Positions 24,601 to 36,481 of a stretch of 64,000 bases of DNA are shown piece after piece; positions within the stretch are counted from its first letter, which is position 1; each line of letters begins with the position of its first letter. The translations under genes and the position numbers were made by a program. The notes beneath the pieces were generated by a model that was not told where the DNA came from, did not search any database, and worked only from the letters and a program-made list of their open reading frames with translations. Origin of the DNA: Psammoneis japonica (Eukaryota); contig QPGO01000081.1 in the NCBI GenBank assembly GCA_008632985.1, positions 62,001-126,000 of the forward strand, in the 5' to 3' direction.

Positions 24601-25772
24601 TCCGCCACACTGCACCGGATTCACGCATCCGACTTGCGGCCAACGTACATTCCATGCTGGACGATTTTCGTGATCTGTGCCAGACCCTGGACTCACGTCC
24701 CGTCCGCATCCAAGAGCTCGCACCACTGCCTCCAACTGTACACGGCTGTCACGACGCTGCCGGCCACGGGGCCGGTGGGGTGATCGCACCAACACCCACC
24801 GCAGTCCCACGAGCCGCCAAGCTACGCTGTTCCTCTGGCCGGCGTCGCATCCAACGTGATGCAGGCCCTGTCGCGTGGCGCCTGCGATTCCCCAAGGACA
24901 TCTCCAACTCACTCGCCACGTGTGAGAATCCACACGGCCCCATTGCCAACACCGACCTCAAACCAGTCGGCAGCATCGTCCACACCCACACAGCTGCTGA
25001 CACTTACGATGTCCATGAGCGCACCAACCCAAACCGCACCGATGACCTTGGTGCCATGCACTGGCAACGCAAGGGATCCACTGCCACAGTCAAACCGGCT
25101 TCAAAGCTCCTCCGGCTCCAAGCGCACCATCAACGCCAACATTGTTACACAGGCCTCCATGATTGCCACCCGGGCACTTGGAACCGAGCGGGTGACGACG
25201 CTTCGCGCCTGCAACACTTGTCTGACGTCGCGTTCCTTTCTCATTTGAATTCTACTTGCCCACAGAGCAAGTCTTGGCGTCTGTGGACCCCGCCACCCGA
25301 ACTGCGTTCTTACGTGATCTCGGCACTGCGCAAGAAGCAGTGCAATGCGGCGTTGCCTCTTCCCGAGCCTCCGCCGCTGACACCCACTGGAACCTTTGGA
25401 TCGACTTTTGCTGCCAACTGGCCATCAGTCCATTTCTCGAAGACACCAACGATCCCATCCTCTTCCTCCAAGTGTTCCTCCATCGACTCCGCACCGGTGT
25501 CATCGCACCAAGAGGCAATCCCATCCGGGCGCGCACCGCTGAGGATGCCCTGCGGTCGGTTGGGCAGACGTTCACTGCAATGGGGTCCGCGGACCCACGT
25601 CTCACACCCCAGGGTGACATGGATTTCCGTCTTGCCCGCCAAATCCGTTTTTACAAGAAACAGGATCCGCCGCCCAACCGCATTAAACCAGCCCCAGTCA
25701 TCGTCCTCCTCTGGATCTTGTGTGCCGCCGCCCTTGGTGCCAGCACCGGCACCAAGGCCGTTGCGGATGTGA
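21607..25772 (+). pseudogene. YR-element gag C-terminus (Zn-knuckle-like) continuous with RT-RNase H
   Basis: Zn-knuckle-like CLPHHLRGQCNSNCGCAADH. RT motifs SPIGVAPQ..RRPRPIVD, KVDLADGF, RLPMGWANSPP, CVDDF and KEVLGWLID. RNase H HDAAGHGAGG and GDDASRL. Confidence 0.9.
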
Positions 25773-26419
25773 CTGCAATTGCCTTTTTCTTTTTGCTTTG
25801 CCCGGGTGAACACACAGCCATGCCATCCAACACCACTCCGTTTCGCCTGGCAGATCTTCGTTTAACCTCGGGCGGAGCATGTTTGAACCTCTTTGCCACC
25901 GAGGCCCCTGCCCTCTTCGCCGCCACCCTCAGCTCCCTCACTTTCACCACCCAGAAAAATGGCGTTCGCGACGAAGTCATTGCGCATGGCCCATCAGGCC
26001 ACCCAGACCTGTGCCCAACCAGGGCCCTCATCCACCGAGTTGTTCACTTGCGCACCTGCGGAGCGCAACCCGACACCCCCCCAGGGGTGCACTTTGAGAA
26101 CGACAGGTGGCACGCCGTCTCCCCTGCCGACATCACGTCGGCACTTCGCACCACCATTGTTGCCCCAGGTCCCAAGAACCCAGGCTTCACACCGGCCGAT
26201 GTCTCATCCCGCTGCCTTCGTGCAGCAGGTGCAACGGCGCTGTTGTGTGCCCATGTCAACACCGACCCAATCCGTCTCTTAGGCCGGTGGCGCTCTGACG
26301 AGATGCTGCGCCACTTGCACCTACAAGCCGAGCCTGCCATGCATGGCTTTGCACAAGCCATGCTCGCTGGGGGCAATTTCGTGCTTCACCCGAATGCTGA
26401 AGCACCCATTGCCCCGTGA
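25256..26419 (+). pseudogene. Tyrosine recombinase of the YR element, with catalytic residues mutated
   Basis: AFFFLLCPGEHT (LLRPGEYT), FTTQKNG, RCLRAAGAT and LLGRWRSDEMLRHLH (LRYLH). Overlaps the pol 3' end, as is typical for DIRS-order elements. Confidence 0.9.
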
Positions 26420-29400
26420 CAGTGCTCCACCAGCCCTCCAGATGGGCCCACCCGCCCAATCCCAATGCATGTTTGGCTGGCTGCTGCACCGCCTGCACAT
26501 CAGTGGGTGGCGCTGGAAGCCCTGCCGTCCAGCTTTGGGCAGGGAGAAAACCTTCACAGCGCTGGCAATGCCATCTCCACTCCAAGCACACAATGCATTC
26601 CATGAAGTTTTACATCACTTTAGAAGAGAGCGCGCGACCAGTGGTTTGAACCCACCGTTTCACCCCAGAAGCGCGCTCGTCCATCCCCGATGCAAGGCAC
26701 GCATGAGCAAAGCGGTGGCAACCGCTGTCCTCATCCAGTGCCAGAATCGGGGAGAAGACCCATTGCCTGTTGAACCACGTTGAACGTGCTGCAAGGGTTG
26801 GTTGTTGTTTTTCTTGGTCACCGGCCTGTCTCATTCTTTCAAGATCGACAAAGACAAGCCACTGTCGTTGGCATGGTTCAATCGCTCCCACCTCTCCCAC
26901 CCTCTGGCCCCACCGTCCAGCTTTGGGCAGGGAGAAAACCTTCACAGCGCTGGCAAAGCCATCTCCACTCCAAGTGCACAATGCACCCCATGAAGTTTTA
27001 CATCACTTTAGAAGAGAGCGCGCGACCAGTGGTTTGAACCCACCGTTTCACCCCAGAAGCATGCTCGTCCATCCCCAATGCAAAGCACACATGAGCAAAG
27101 CGGTGGCAACCGCAATGCAGCATGCATGCAGACAAAAGGTTGTTTTTGTCATGCCCTTTGTGACATTTAAAGGCTGCAACACGTTGCCGTGACACATTGA
27201 CTCTCATTGGCAGCTGTGTGTTGCACATGACATTCAAGCGGCATGCCGAGCAAGCACACGCAAGAGTGCAAGACCTGCAAGGCTTTTGGGAGAAAACGAT
27301 GTGTCCGACTCATGATCCCAACCAGAAAGAAGGACCCAATGAAGGAAGACTGCCATCGCCAAACCCTGTCCCAGCAAGAGACACATTGGATCACACACAG
27401 CTTGCAGTGGACCTGGACAATGAAGGCAGATGCAACTCTGAAGAAATGAGGATGGGATGGAAAGAAAAATGCTGCACAAGGCTCAAGGCAATGGCGGCGG
27501 TGTTCGAAATGTGCGAGACATGGACACCGACAATGCGAGAATTTGTTTCCGCCAACACCCCAATGATCTCTGTTCACAACAATGTGGAGACCATCATTGA
27601 CAGGACAAGGTGGGCAAGCATTGGAGCACACACCGCTGAATCCAACTGGAAATTCCTGGCAAAAAGGCCAGAAGCACACAACAAAACAAGACCGTGCCAT
27701 GTGCAAGTGCAAGGAAACTGTGACAAATTAGCTTTCAACAGGCCAGAGATTGATCGCATGGCAACGTTGTCAATTTTTCAAGGCATGCCAACATGTGGCA
27801 TGGACAGTCTTGAGGAATGTGGAGGACCAATGCATCCAGGCTGCAACAACGCTGCCAAGAGACCGGATCATTGCAAGCTCGTCATGGACAAAAATGGAGT
27901 CATGTTCGATGCACTTGGGTTGTCAATGTTCTTCAGAAGAGAGACAAACTTCATGTCAGATTTACGGAAGCATTGCTGGGTGGCACACATGATGAGCTTT
28001 CTTGCATTGACTCCAAACGCCGTGCACCAGTGGATCCGAGAACAGAGCGAACAGTCAAATGACCAAAATGACACGCTGAGTGATGTGGGGCAAGAACTGA
28101 ACAGACAAGATCTGATTGTCATGTTCTTTGACTGTGTGAAAGATGCAACCAATGCATTCAATGACATGCTGGACTGTTCAAGTGACAAACAAGATGCGTG
28201 GCATTTTGCCTTGGGGGTCAACATTCAAGGAGAAAGGTGGAACATTTTCTCTCGAGGGTGATGCCAACCTGTGTCGTGGCCCAAGAATTGTTGGAAGAAC
28301 AATTGGAGTGAGTGTCAGGAGTGTGTCGGAGCAAGTTGTGCCAGGGTGTCAGAGAACCCAGAAACAGTTGGAAGTGTCAACATTTCATCAAACAACCCTG
28401 GCGGTTCCCCATTTTCTTGCAAAACAGCACCCACAGGAAAACACAAATGGTTTTTCAAAATGAAGTTTAAATCAGGGCAAAATTTTCACACAGGCCAAGA
28501 AATGTTCAGCAATTTGTCATGCAATGCTCAGGTGACTGGACACCCCAGTTGCTGCAAAATGCAGCTTTCATTGTTTTTGCACTTTTGCTGCAAACAGTTT
28601 GCAAACCAAACATTGTTTTCACACCCACGATGTGACAAGGTGTCAAACTTCCTGCGTGTGGCTTGCAGAGATGTCAGTCACCAAGCTGACAGCTTCTGCC
28701 TGCACAGCAACCACTTTCTTCTTCCCTTTCTTTTTGTTCACTGTCCTGGCAAGAGCACCCTAGAAATTTGAGCAATCTGGGCATGCTTTGGCATTGACAC
28801 AGTGACTTTCATGATGCAGTGCTTGCTCTTGCTTCTCCTGATCCACCAGCTGATGGGGCCTTTCCAGCCCCTTTGTCAACCATCCTTCATGGCTCTGCCC
28901 TTTTCCTTTGTGATCATCCACACCGTCTTGCCCCAGCACTGGCATCACCAGCAATCTTGAACTTTTCTGGATCAGTCGCATCCCCTTGACAATGCCATTT
29001 TCCAGTGTTGTCATGACCATCGCCATTTTCTGTGTGGCTGCATTTGTTGTGGAGCTTAATTTTGTTCGACATGAGCAAATCAAAGCTTTGTTCCTTGGAG
29101 AGTGTTTTCTCCAATGGCAGTGCAAAAGCTGCAAAGAAAGGCACAACCTCACAAAAATCCACATCGAAATCCCCACCTGGAGGTTTCTTCCAAGGGTTAC
29201 AATGCCATGAAACAAAGTTGCGTCATGGTGGAAAAAGCTCATGTTTGTTGGAATGCTACAGAGTTTAAAACTAAGAAAGAACACGAAATAGAAAACCATG
29301 GCATTGTGCTACACAAGACCAAGTTGCAGTGAGCAGTGAGTGAAGGAAAAGGATTTCTTTTTATCATCCATTAAGCGAGCAAGAGCAATAAGTCAGGAAA

Positions 29401-29441
29401 CATTGTGTGTACACCCTGGATGGCTGAAAATTTCTGGTCAA

Positions 29442-31880
29442 TCAAAGGTGGCCACTATGTGATCTTGGCACATTTTCTGAGATTATTGTAAGGCGCCCCT
29501 TTGTGGCTGAAGCAACTTTCTTTGCTGTCTTGGCTTCATCTTTTATGCCCATGGTCTCCAAACGAAGAGATTTAACCGCATCACTAATGGTCAGTTCAAC
29601 TCGGCAGAGAGAAAAAGCCACTTTGAGAATATCGTGGCGGATCATATCGTTGTTTGCCTGTGCTTCGTTTATGAGGCTTGTGAAAGTGTCATACCAACTC
29701 ACACTTTCATGGTCTTTCACCATTGCCATTGCGGCACTGCAGCACGTCCACGCCAAGAGCAGACCCAAGCTGAATTGATCGTGCCATTTTGCGTAGGCCC
29801 GATCCGTGCTTTGACTTTTCCACGACCACCCATCGGTTCCAAATGGCACTCGCAATGGATCAAACTCATCAGCGTTCACAACGGCAAGGTTAAAATCACA
29901 AAGAACGAAGCGCTCGTGTCCTTCGTCACTACGTCGCACCATAACAGCACTGTCTTTTATGTCGCAATGAGCAATGTTGAGCTCATGAAGGGTCTCAACA
30001 GCTTGTAAAAGATCCATGCAAGCTGCCAAAGCACGATATGGATTCGATTGCAGGCTCGTCCAATCAACCTCGTCCAGTTCCTCCAAGAAAATGACTCGAT
30101 CCGTAATACAGACGTCGATGGGCTTCACCAATGTGGCACACGACGGTGTCGCTGCTGTTTTCGTGAGGACGAATACTTCGGTGTCAAATGGATTCCAGTT
30201 AATCTCATCGTACTCCTTCCAGTCCAAACGCTCGCTTTTCCGCACACAACGACTCCTGCTACAACGATGTGTTGCCCAACCCACTTCAGACCAACCCGTT
30301 CGCACAAAGAATTTCTTGTCATCAAACTCATAGTTGGCGCAACGGCAGTTGTTTTTTGAGGGCTTCTTTAGTTTCAAAGGAGTTTTCGCGTTCGTCGACC
30401 CCGACTCGAAACGCCCTCCGCCGGGAGCCCGTGGAACATCGCCATCATTGTTGTTGCCAGATGCATCACCCGGCGTATTCGGTAGATTGGAAACGACTTT
30501 CTGCATTTTCGCATTTCTGGACGCATCCCCGTGGCTCGGCCGAATAAGTAGGCATGCCTCGACAATGCGTTGGATACGGATGCACGCATCTTCAAATAAT
30601 TTAGTTTTCCCGCTTTCGCTATTGGGATGACGAGCTTCATCATGTCGCGCATCGAAACTCTCACGTTGAATTGGGACATGTGCGGGGTCCGTGCCCAAGG
30701 TTCTTTTGCACATCGGTGCGGCAAAGACGTCCAAGGTTACCAAACAAATTTCACCCTCAACTTGAATCATCGTGTATACTTCAAAAATGCAAGTCTTGCT
30801 GTCCGTTCCTGAACTCACAAGAATACCAATGGGTGGAGCGTTGGAAGGGCGCTTCTCCCATACCCGATAAATCTCCATTGCGACCTTACCACGGTCCCTA
30901 CTTATTTTGTCACCCTCCCCATTCATTGCACTTTCGAGGGTAAGGATGGCTTGGTTGGAACTGCTAGCCATGAGATCATTTTTTCGTTCCGTCGTTGTCG
31001 ATTCTTGTATTTTCTTCTCGCGTTGGAAGCAAGGGATCCCATTTGCTTCGAGATACTGCCGCAGGAGGTTGATGTAGAACCCATCAAAGTATCCTTTGCA
31101 TTGACCTTGTACCAGATGTCGCAATTCTGAGTTGAGATCAACAAACAAAGAGGAACAGAACATTCTGTAGCGATCCGCAATGTTCTCCCGAGAACTCTCC
31201 GAAACAGTTGTTTTTGGACTCTTTTGCATTGCCATCTCTAAGTTGAGGTTCTCCAAGGGTACTTTGAATTTAGAATAATTTTCCACCTCCTCCTTGCGTT
31301 TACCTTTGTAACATTTGATAAAGTCTTCGGGAATAGCACGATGAGGCTCAGCACCCTCGTCCAAGTGGAAAATGCCGTGGCACAGGACGCAACCTTTGCC
31401 ATCTTGCTTTTCACTCGATGGGCAAGTGTCAAGATGTTCCTTGAAAAATTCTTTGAGTGTATCAGAATGAGTTTCCACATGCTGTTGTCGTGGCTTGTCT
31501 GTGAGAGTCACAAACGAAATACTGTGGTGAGAGCAGGTGGCAACATGAAACATACCGCGCAATACAGCAATATGACAAAACCATGCCCGCACTGCATACC
31601 GAAATCACACTCTCAACTTACCGTTCTGCTGTGGAGTGACCACAATAAGAGGTTTTGGACCCGTCGTATCAGTTGGAACGGGGTCGTAAGGCTCGCGATG
31701 CTTGTCGTTGTTCGGATCTGCACCCGCAGCGAAGACCTTGAGCCGAGCGGCGGCGATGTCCTTCAATTCGGGCCACTCCGCATGCACAGCGTTCTTCAAA
31801 TCAGCGTAATTATCGCCATCTTGCAATGATACGTAATCCACCGATTCACCGTCAAGCTTGTACCAAACAACGATCGTCAT
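29442..31880 (-). CDS. Crinkler (CRN)-like protein: N-terminal ubiquitin-like header and C-terminal protein kinase-like domain; join(31880..31622,31498..29442), 771 aa
   Basis: Exon 1 reads VWYKL..ADLKNAVHAE..LKDIAAARLKVF..PLIVVTP. A GT-AG intron at 31621..31499 restores the frame (G|AC). Kinase motifs HCDIK, LCDFNLA, FGTDGW and DQFSLG. Normal TpA. Confidence 0.75.
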
Positions 31881-32471
31881 GGTGTTGGCCCAAAAATCCA
31901 AAATCCCAACCAGGCCTGCGGGGAGCATTGACCACTTGTCTTTCTTTGTGGGTGTGGGTGTACTTGCATGCTGTATTGCCTGTACGTACGTAGGGCCCCA
32001 CCGCAGGGGCCGGCATTGTGGCGGCTGAGTGGCGCGGCCACCGCACCGGTGACGCGGATGACCGTTGTGTTTGATGTCTCATGCCATTTTTGGGGCTGTA
32101 GCGAGGTGCACGGACACTCTTTTTTTTCCAATTTATCGCCATAATAGCGCATCGCACAAACTCACTTATTGTTCGATATGTTTTCCCCAATAGACTTTTT
32201 CGTGTAGAATTCACGATAAATTATCTTTGTATATAACTGAATACATTTTTGAACATGCCACGCCGGCAATCCCAATTTTTCAGAACTTTCGAGCTCTCCT
32301 GAAAAACCGTGCCACGTACCCGTCGTAGGGAATTTATCGATTTTTTAGGATGTCCCCACGACCTCTCATGTCCTCAATGATCATTCTACGAATCCGAAGA
32401 ATTCATCCTTACTAAACAACCCATACCCGTTCCAAAATCCAAGGGACACACTTTCAAATTCAGACGGACAA

Positions 32472-32521
32472 CCCGACTGCCCGACCCCCGACTGCCCGAC
32501 TGCCCGACTGCCCGACTGCCG
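32472..32521. repeat. Short tandem repeat (cccgactg)n, about 5-6 imperfect copies
   Basis: Seen directly. Confidence 0.85.
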
Positions 32522-32639
32522 GACCGACACGAAAAAGTCTGCAATCACCAACCACTGAGTGGTCAATGAAATGCACGAAAAATGGGACAGAGCTGCCAGC
32601 TGCGCGCGGAATGTTTCCGCCGTGCTTCTCCCAGCAGTG

Positions 32640-34600
32640 CAATTGATGGCAAATGACAATCAGACATTTTTCGAAGCCACAAAGCACGTTTGCCAAAGCT
32701 GTTGCTTTGTGAGTTAACTGGGCCAACAAGGCCACATGCAGTGGGTTTTGTGCACACTTCTGTGACCGGGGGGCTCCTCAATGCTCAATGCCAGAACTGC
32801 GCAGGTCTCTGGCCACACTCTCTCTGCAGGAAAAGCCAAGAGAAGTGTGAGGTGCACACCATGCGACCTCTTTGCAATGGCCATGGGCTGCAACAAAAAC
32901 ACATCAAAACACAGCATGAGTCAAGCAACGAGAAAAAGCCCAGCTTGGCCCAGCAGGGGGAAGAATGAAGAAGCGCCACACACAAGAGTGTGTTGTTTCT
33001 CGAGCTTCTGCTTCAGCCTCATCTCAAAACTCTGGCATGCAGATCAGCAAGTGCCGCTCACATTGCTTGCTGCCATGTTGTTTTTGAGTGTCATCACACT
33101 GCCATTTTGCATGCAAAGGAGCAGGAAACGGGGTCTGTTTTGCTGACGGCACCAGCGCCATTTTGGCAATGATGATTGGCCAGTGTTTCATGACACTCAA
33201 TGTGAGAGAAACTTTGAGAAGCACTTTGCCACAACCCTGTTCAGACCACCATTAAACCGAGCTGATTTTCATGCAGATTTCAGACTTCTTTCAAAGTTTT
33301 CTGGGTTCTTTCGAGTTGGTTTGTGCGCAAATTCAAAGCATGAGATGGCTTCATGTTGCCCAGCTTCCTCACACTCAATCTTTTAGACAATTTTGTGCTC
33401 CTTGTAGACTGTGCAGGTTTGTGCACCATGGGCAAAAATCTGCCACCTGTCATGTCTTCCACTTGCACCACCTCACATGTGCGCCCAAACACAGCCCAAT
33501 GATTGTGCACCACATGTGCAAGATGAGGAAAGCTTTGGAAAAGAGAGCTGACATGTCTGCTGAAGCTCTCAAGTGCCACACTCATAGATGCAGAAAACCC
33601 ACAGAATGAGTTGGGTGCGAGAATGGAACTCATCAACAAATGAGCCAACCTGGTGGCAAGCCAGCATTTTGAGCTTGTCTTTTCTCTTGCGTGCAAAGAA
33701 CACATGGTGCAAGTTTGCACAGCTCACACCTCAGAATGTTTTGGGAGGGCAACAGGAGATGCTGAAGAGCTTGGGTGCTGGGGAATCTTTTGTGCACCCC
33801 ATTTCAAACATCTGGCCATCTTCCACACAAAACAGCCAGTCATGTGCTCATTTTGCCCCCTGGCACCAGTGCCACTCAGCCCTTGCTTTTGTGCCCAGTT
33901 GAGCCAATTTTCCCCTTTGCAACAAGCTTCTCAAATGCTCTCTTGTAAAATTTGTTTGTCACATGGTTTGAGCCAGTGTCACTTTTAGGAGGATCAGCAA
34001 GGTGAAATGCCAGAAAGTGCGGAAGGTGGCAAAAGGGTTGTGCCACATGCAACAATTGACACAAGACCCGTTGTTTTCAATGTGCAAAAAGGAACAACAA
34101 GCCAGCAAATCTGACAGGCTCATGTTCACGAGACTTGGAATCATGATGACACAAATTAGAGCTGTGTGGCAGCATTGTTTTGATTGGCAGCAGCAGCCAC
34201 ACTGAAGTGAGAGCCCCCACTTTCAAGCACAAAAAGGGTGCTTGTTTCATGTGTGATGCAATTCAGCCTCTTGTTTTTCCAACGACTCCTCCAATCGATT
34301 TGTGTGTGCACATGCACATGGACTTGATGACTGTCAAGCAGCCAAGGGACAAATTCTTGAGCAAAAACATCTCAGTGCAGGTTGTTGCCATCGCTGCACT
34401 TGGAGGAGTGGATGATGAGGAGTGAAGTGTGCCCATGATGAAAAAGACACAAAAGAGCTGTGAGGACAGTGCTTTTTGACACTCAGAGGGATTTGTTTGC
34501 TGTCTGATTCTTCAATCTTGTTTGTTGTTGGTGTTGTTTGTTGTCACTGCAGCTTTCAACATGAATGAAATGAGTGGGTGAACAGTGAAATGTGGGAAGC
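32640..34600. other. TpA- and CpG-depleted degenerate block of unknown origin
   Basis: Very few TpA across about 2 kb. Fragmentary Cys/His-rich ORFs with no recognised family. Confidence 0.6.
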
Positions 34601-34746
34601 TGGACCGACCCCCCTCGCGCGCGACAGGATCTTCCGGATTCTTTGGATTCTCATCAGTCACATACACATCAGTCGCGGCAGCGCTGTTGCTCTTAGTTGC
34701 TATCCCATTCGGTAACAGCCTTCCACTCTTTGTTGTTCATTCAGGC

Positions 34747-36119
34747 ATGTTAGACCCTTTGTTTGGTGGTGACAAGAAAAATTCTTTGGTCGTCGACACT
34801 ACACGGGAGGAGATTATTGGCAACAACAACGACGTCATGATGTTGTGGATTTCGTCGCTGTTCTCGTTGTTGTCGGCACGTGATTATTTTGTGCCCGTCG
34901 ACAACACATCCGTTTGGCGCCATCACATGAGTTGGGCAAAAACAGAAGGCAAAACACTGAGGCAGCTCCTAACGGATAAATTTGGAACAAACATGGTTTT
35001 CATGTCTTTGTTGCTTGCTTCGGAACTTGCTGTATTGTTCAACCCAAATCACTTGACAACCGAAATGAGAATCGATTTGCAGCAAAACAACTTTTACACG
35101 CCTTATTTTTTCTGCGGAATCACAATTATTGTTTCAATTGTCTGTACGGTGTTTGCTCTCTTGACAACGTTTGTTACCAGGAGCATGGTTTCATGCATTA
35201 GTGACGAGAATTGCCATTGCATGTTGCGGTCCTCGATTGGGCAGTACGTTTGCTTTTTACCCTCACGCCTCATTGTGGGAGCCATTTCGTGTTACCTGAT
35301 CTGTGAGTTAATCCTTTCATTTTGCTTATGTTGTTTGTTCAAGAATGCACCCCGATCAAGTTGCAGGAGGATGATTCTCTCTCAGACTATATATGCCCGT
35401 CTACATACGTTCCTACCGCAGGGATTTGTTTTTTTGTTGTCATTATAATGCCGCATATCTGTGGTATGATTATCGTTTCGGCGATTTTGCTGTGTTTCCT
35501 ATGGACCTCCACGATATACAGCTTGTTTGGTAGGATGATTATGCACTCTGGTGCAATGGGCAGTACGTGAGTGTTTGCCACATTGTTGTGTGGCAGTGTA
35601 TTTTTGTTTTGCATGAGTGCCGATCCCATTTAGTTTCGTTTTTCCGTATTTCTCACCATTCACGTCATGTTTCATTCTCATATAATATCTAGTCCCATCT
35701 TTGATCCCACGGTGGAGGATGAAATGCCTCCAAAGCAACTTCACGATCGACTCCTTTTCAAGGCGCTTGACGAACGGAAAAAGAACAGAAGCGTCCCTCA
35801 ACAATACAAGGATCCTAGCCAACCCACTGGGCGGGTTTCTTCCGTCAAGGACAGTAGTAATAACACCATGAGCAGCATGGCAGAATGTTTTGGAGACAAC
35901 AAAAGTGTTTGGAATAAAGATGGTATCTCATCCTCTAGTGGTCAAAGCCGACAAATCAATGTCGCGACGGCCGCAAGCAGCAAGGCCACTACATTACAAA
36001 TGGGGTCAGTTTTTGACAACAAGAGCAATGGCTCCATGATGTCAACCGAAAGAACAGAGCGACAGCAATTGTTGCAGAAATCTTCTTGTCATGCTACATA
36101 TTCTTCAAGTGATACTTGA
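34747..36119 (+). CDS. Uncharacterised multi-pass membrane protein; join(34747..35302,35422..35566,35693..36119); start codon uncertain
   Basis: GT-AG introns at 35303..35421 and 35567..35692 join three ORFs in frame. About four hydrophobic segments. Confidence 0.7.
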
Positions 36120-36481
36120 GAGATATCCAAAATCTGAACTTCGACGGGCATTTCTGTTGTGCAAAAAAAAAAAAGTTTGGTCAGAAATCCAACTGTCGAA
36201 AAGCAGCGGAGAGAAGAATCTATAATCATTAGTAGCGTCGGATGAACGGCGCGCAGTGTGTGTTCGATAGTAGACATGGGCTCGAAACGCCTACATCTCT
36301 CTAGAGAGAGATGTAAAATACTGTCTAAACCCAAGCATCTGTTCTTCATTGCGTCACAGTTTTTCTTGTGTGCATCTTTGCGCTGGTGTGTTATGGCTCT
36401 AAAGTCAAGGAATACAATGGCCGTCATTGGAAATGCTCGTCAAATTTTCCTATACTTATAATGCTTTACTTTTTTCTTTCT

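Larger units (their letters stand above)
13529..27113 (+). mobile_element. Tyrosine-recombinase retrotransposon (DIRS order, Ngaro/PAT-like split direct repeats), interrupted by Copia
   Basis: Layout A1(13529-13699)-gag-RT/RH-YR-B1(26525-26725)-A2(26725-26886)-B2(26913-27113). No TSD. Confidence 0.9.
13195..27225 (-). mobile_element. TRIM-like non-autonomous LTR element (110-bp LTRs, about 225-bp core), split by a YR retrotransposon
   Basis: Direct repeats at 13195-13304 and 27116-27225, both TG...CA. TSD catg at 13191-13194 and 27226-27229. Polypurine tract GGGGAGGAG on the minus strand (13305-13313) abuts the left LTR. Confidence 0.85.
12940..28261 (+). pseudogene. Unknown TpA-depleted ORF of about 430 aa, split by nested insertions: join(12940..13194,27230..28261)
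   Basis: Removing 13195-27229 restores the frame ...WWNGNKTM|TFKRHAEQ.... One internal TGA at 13159-13161. No family recognised. Confidence 0.6.

Noticed and set aside
14790..26419. Alternative genetic code (TGY/CAY read as Tyr)
   Set aside because: Host genes in the same window use TAY for conserved Tyr, some TE Tyr codons survive, and non-coding repeats show the same TpA loss.
1..29200. Classical RIP or 5mC deamination as the sole explanation
   Set aside because: RIP enriches TpA, and CpG decay neither removes TpA nor converts Tyr to Cys/His.
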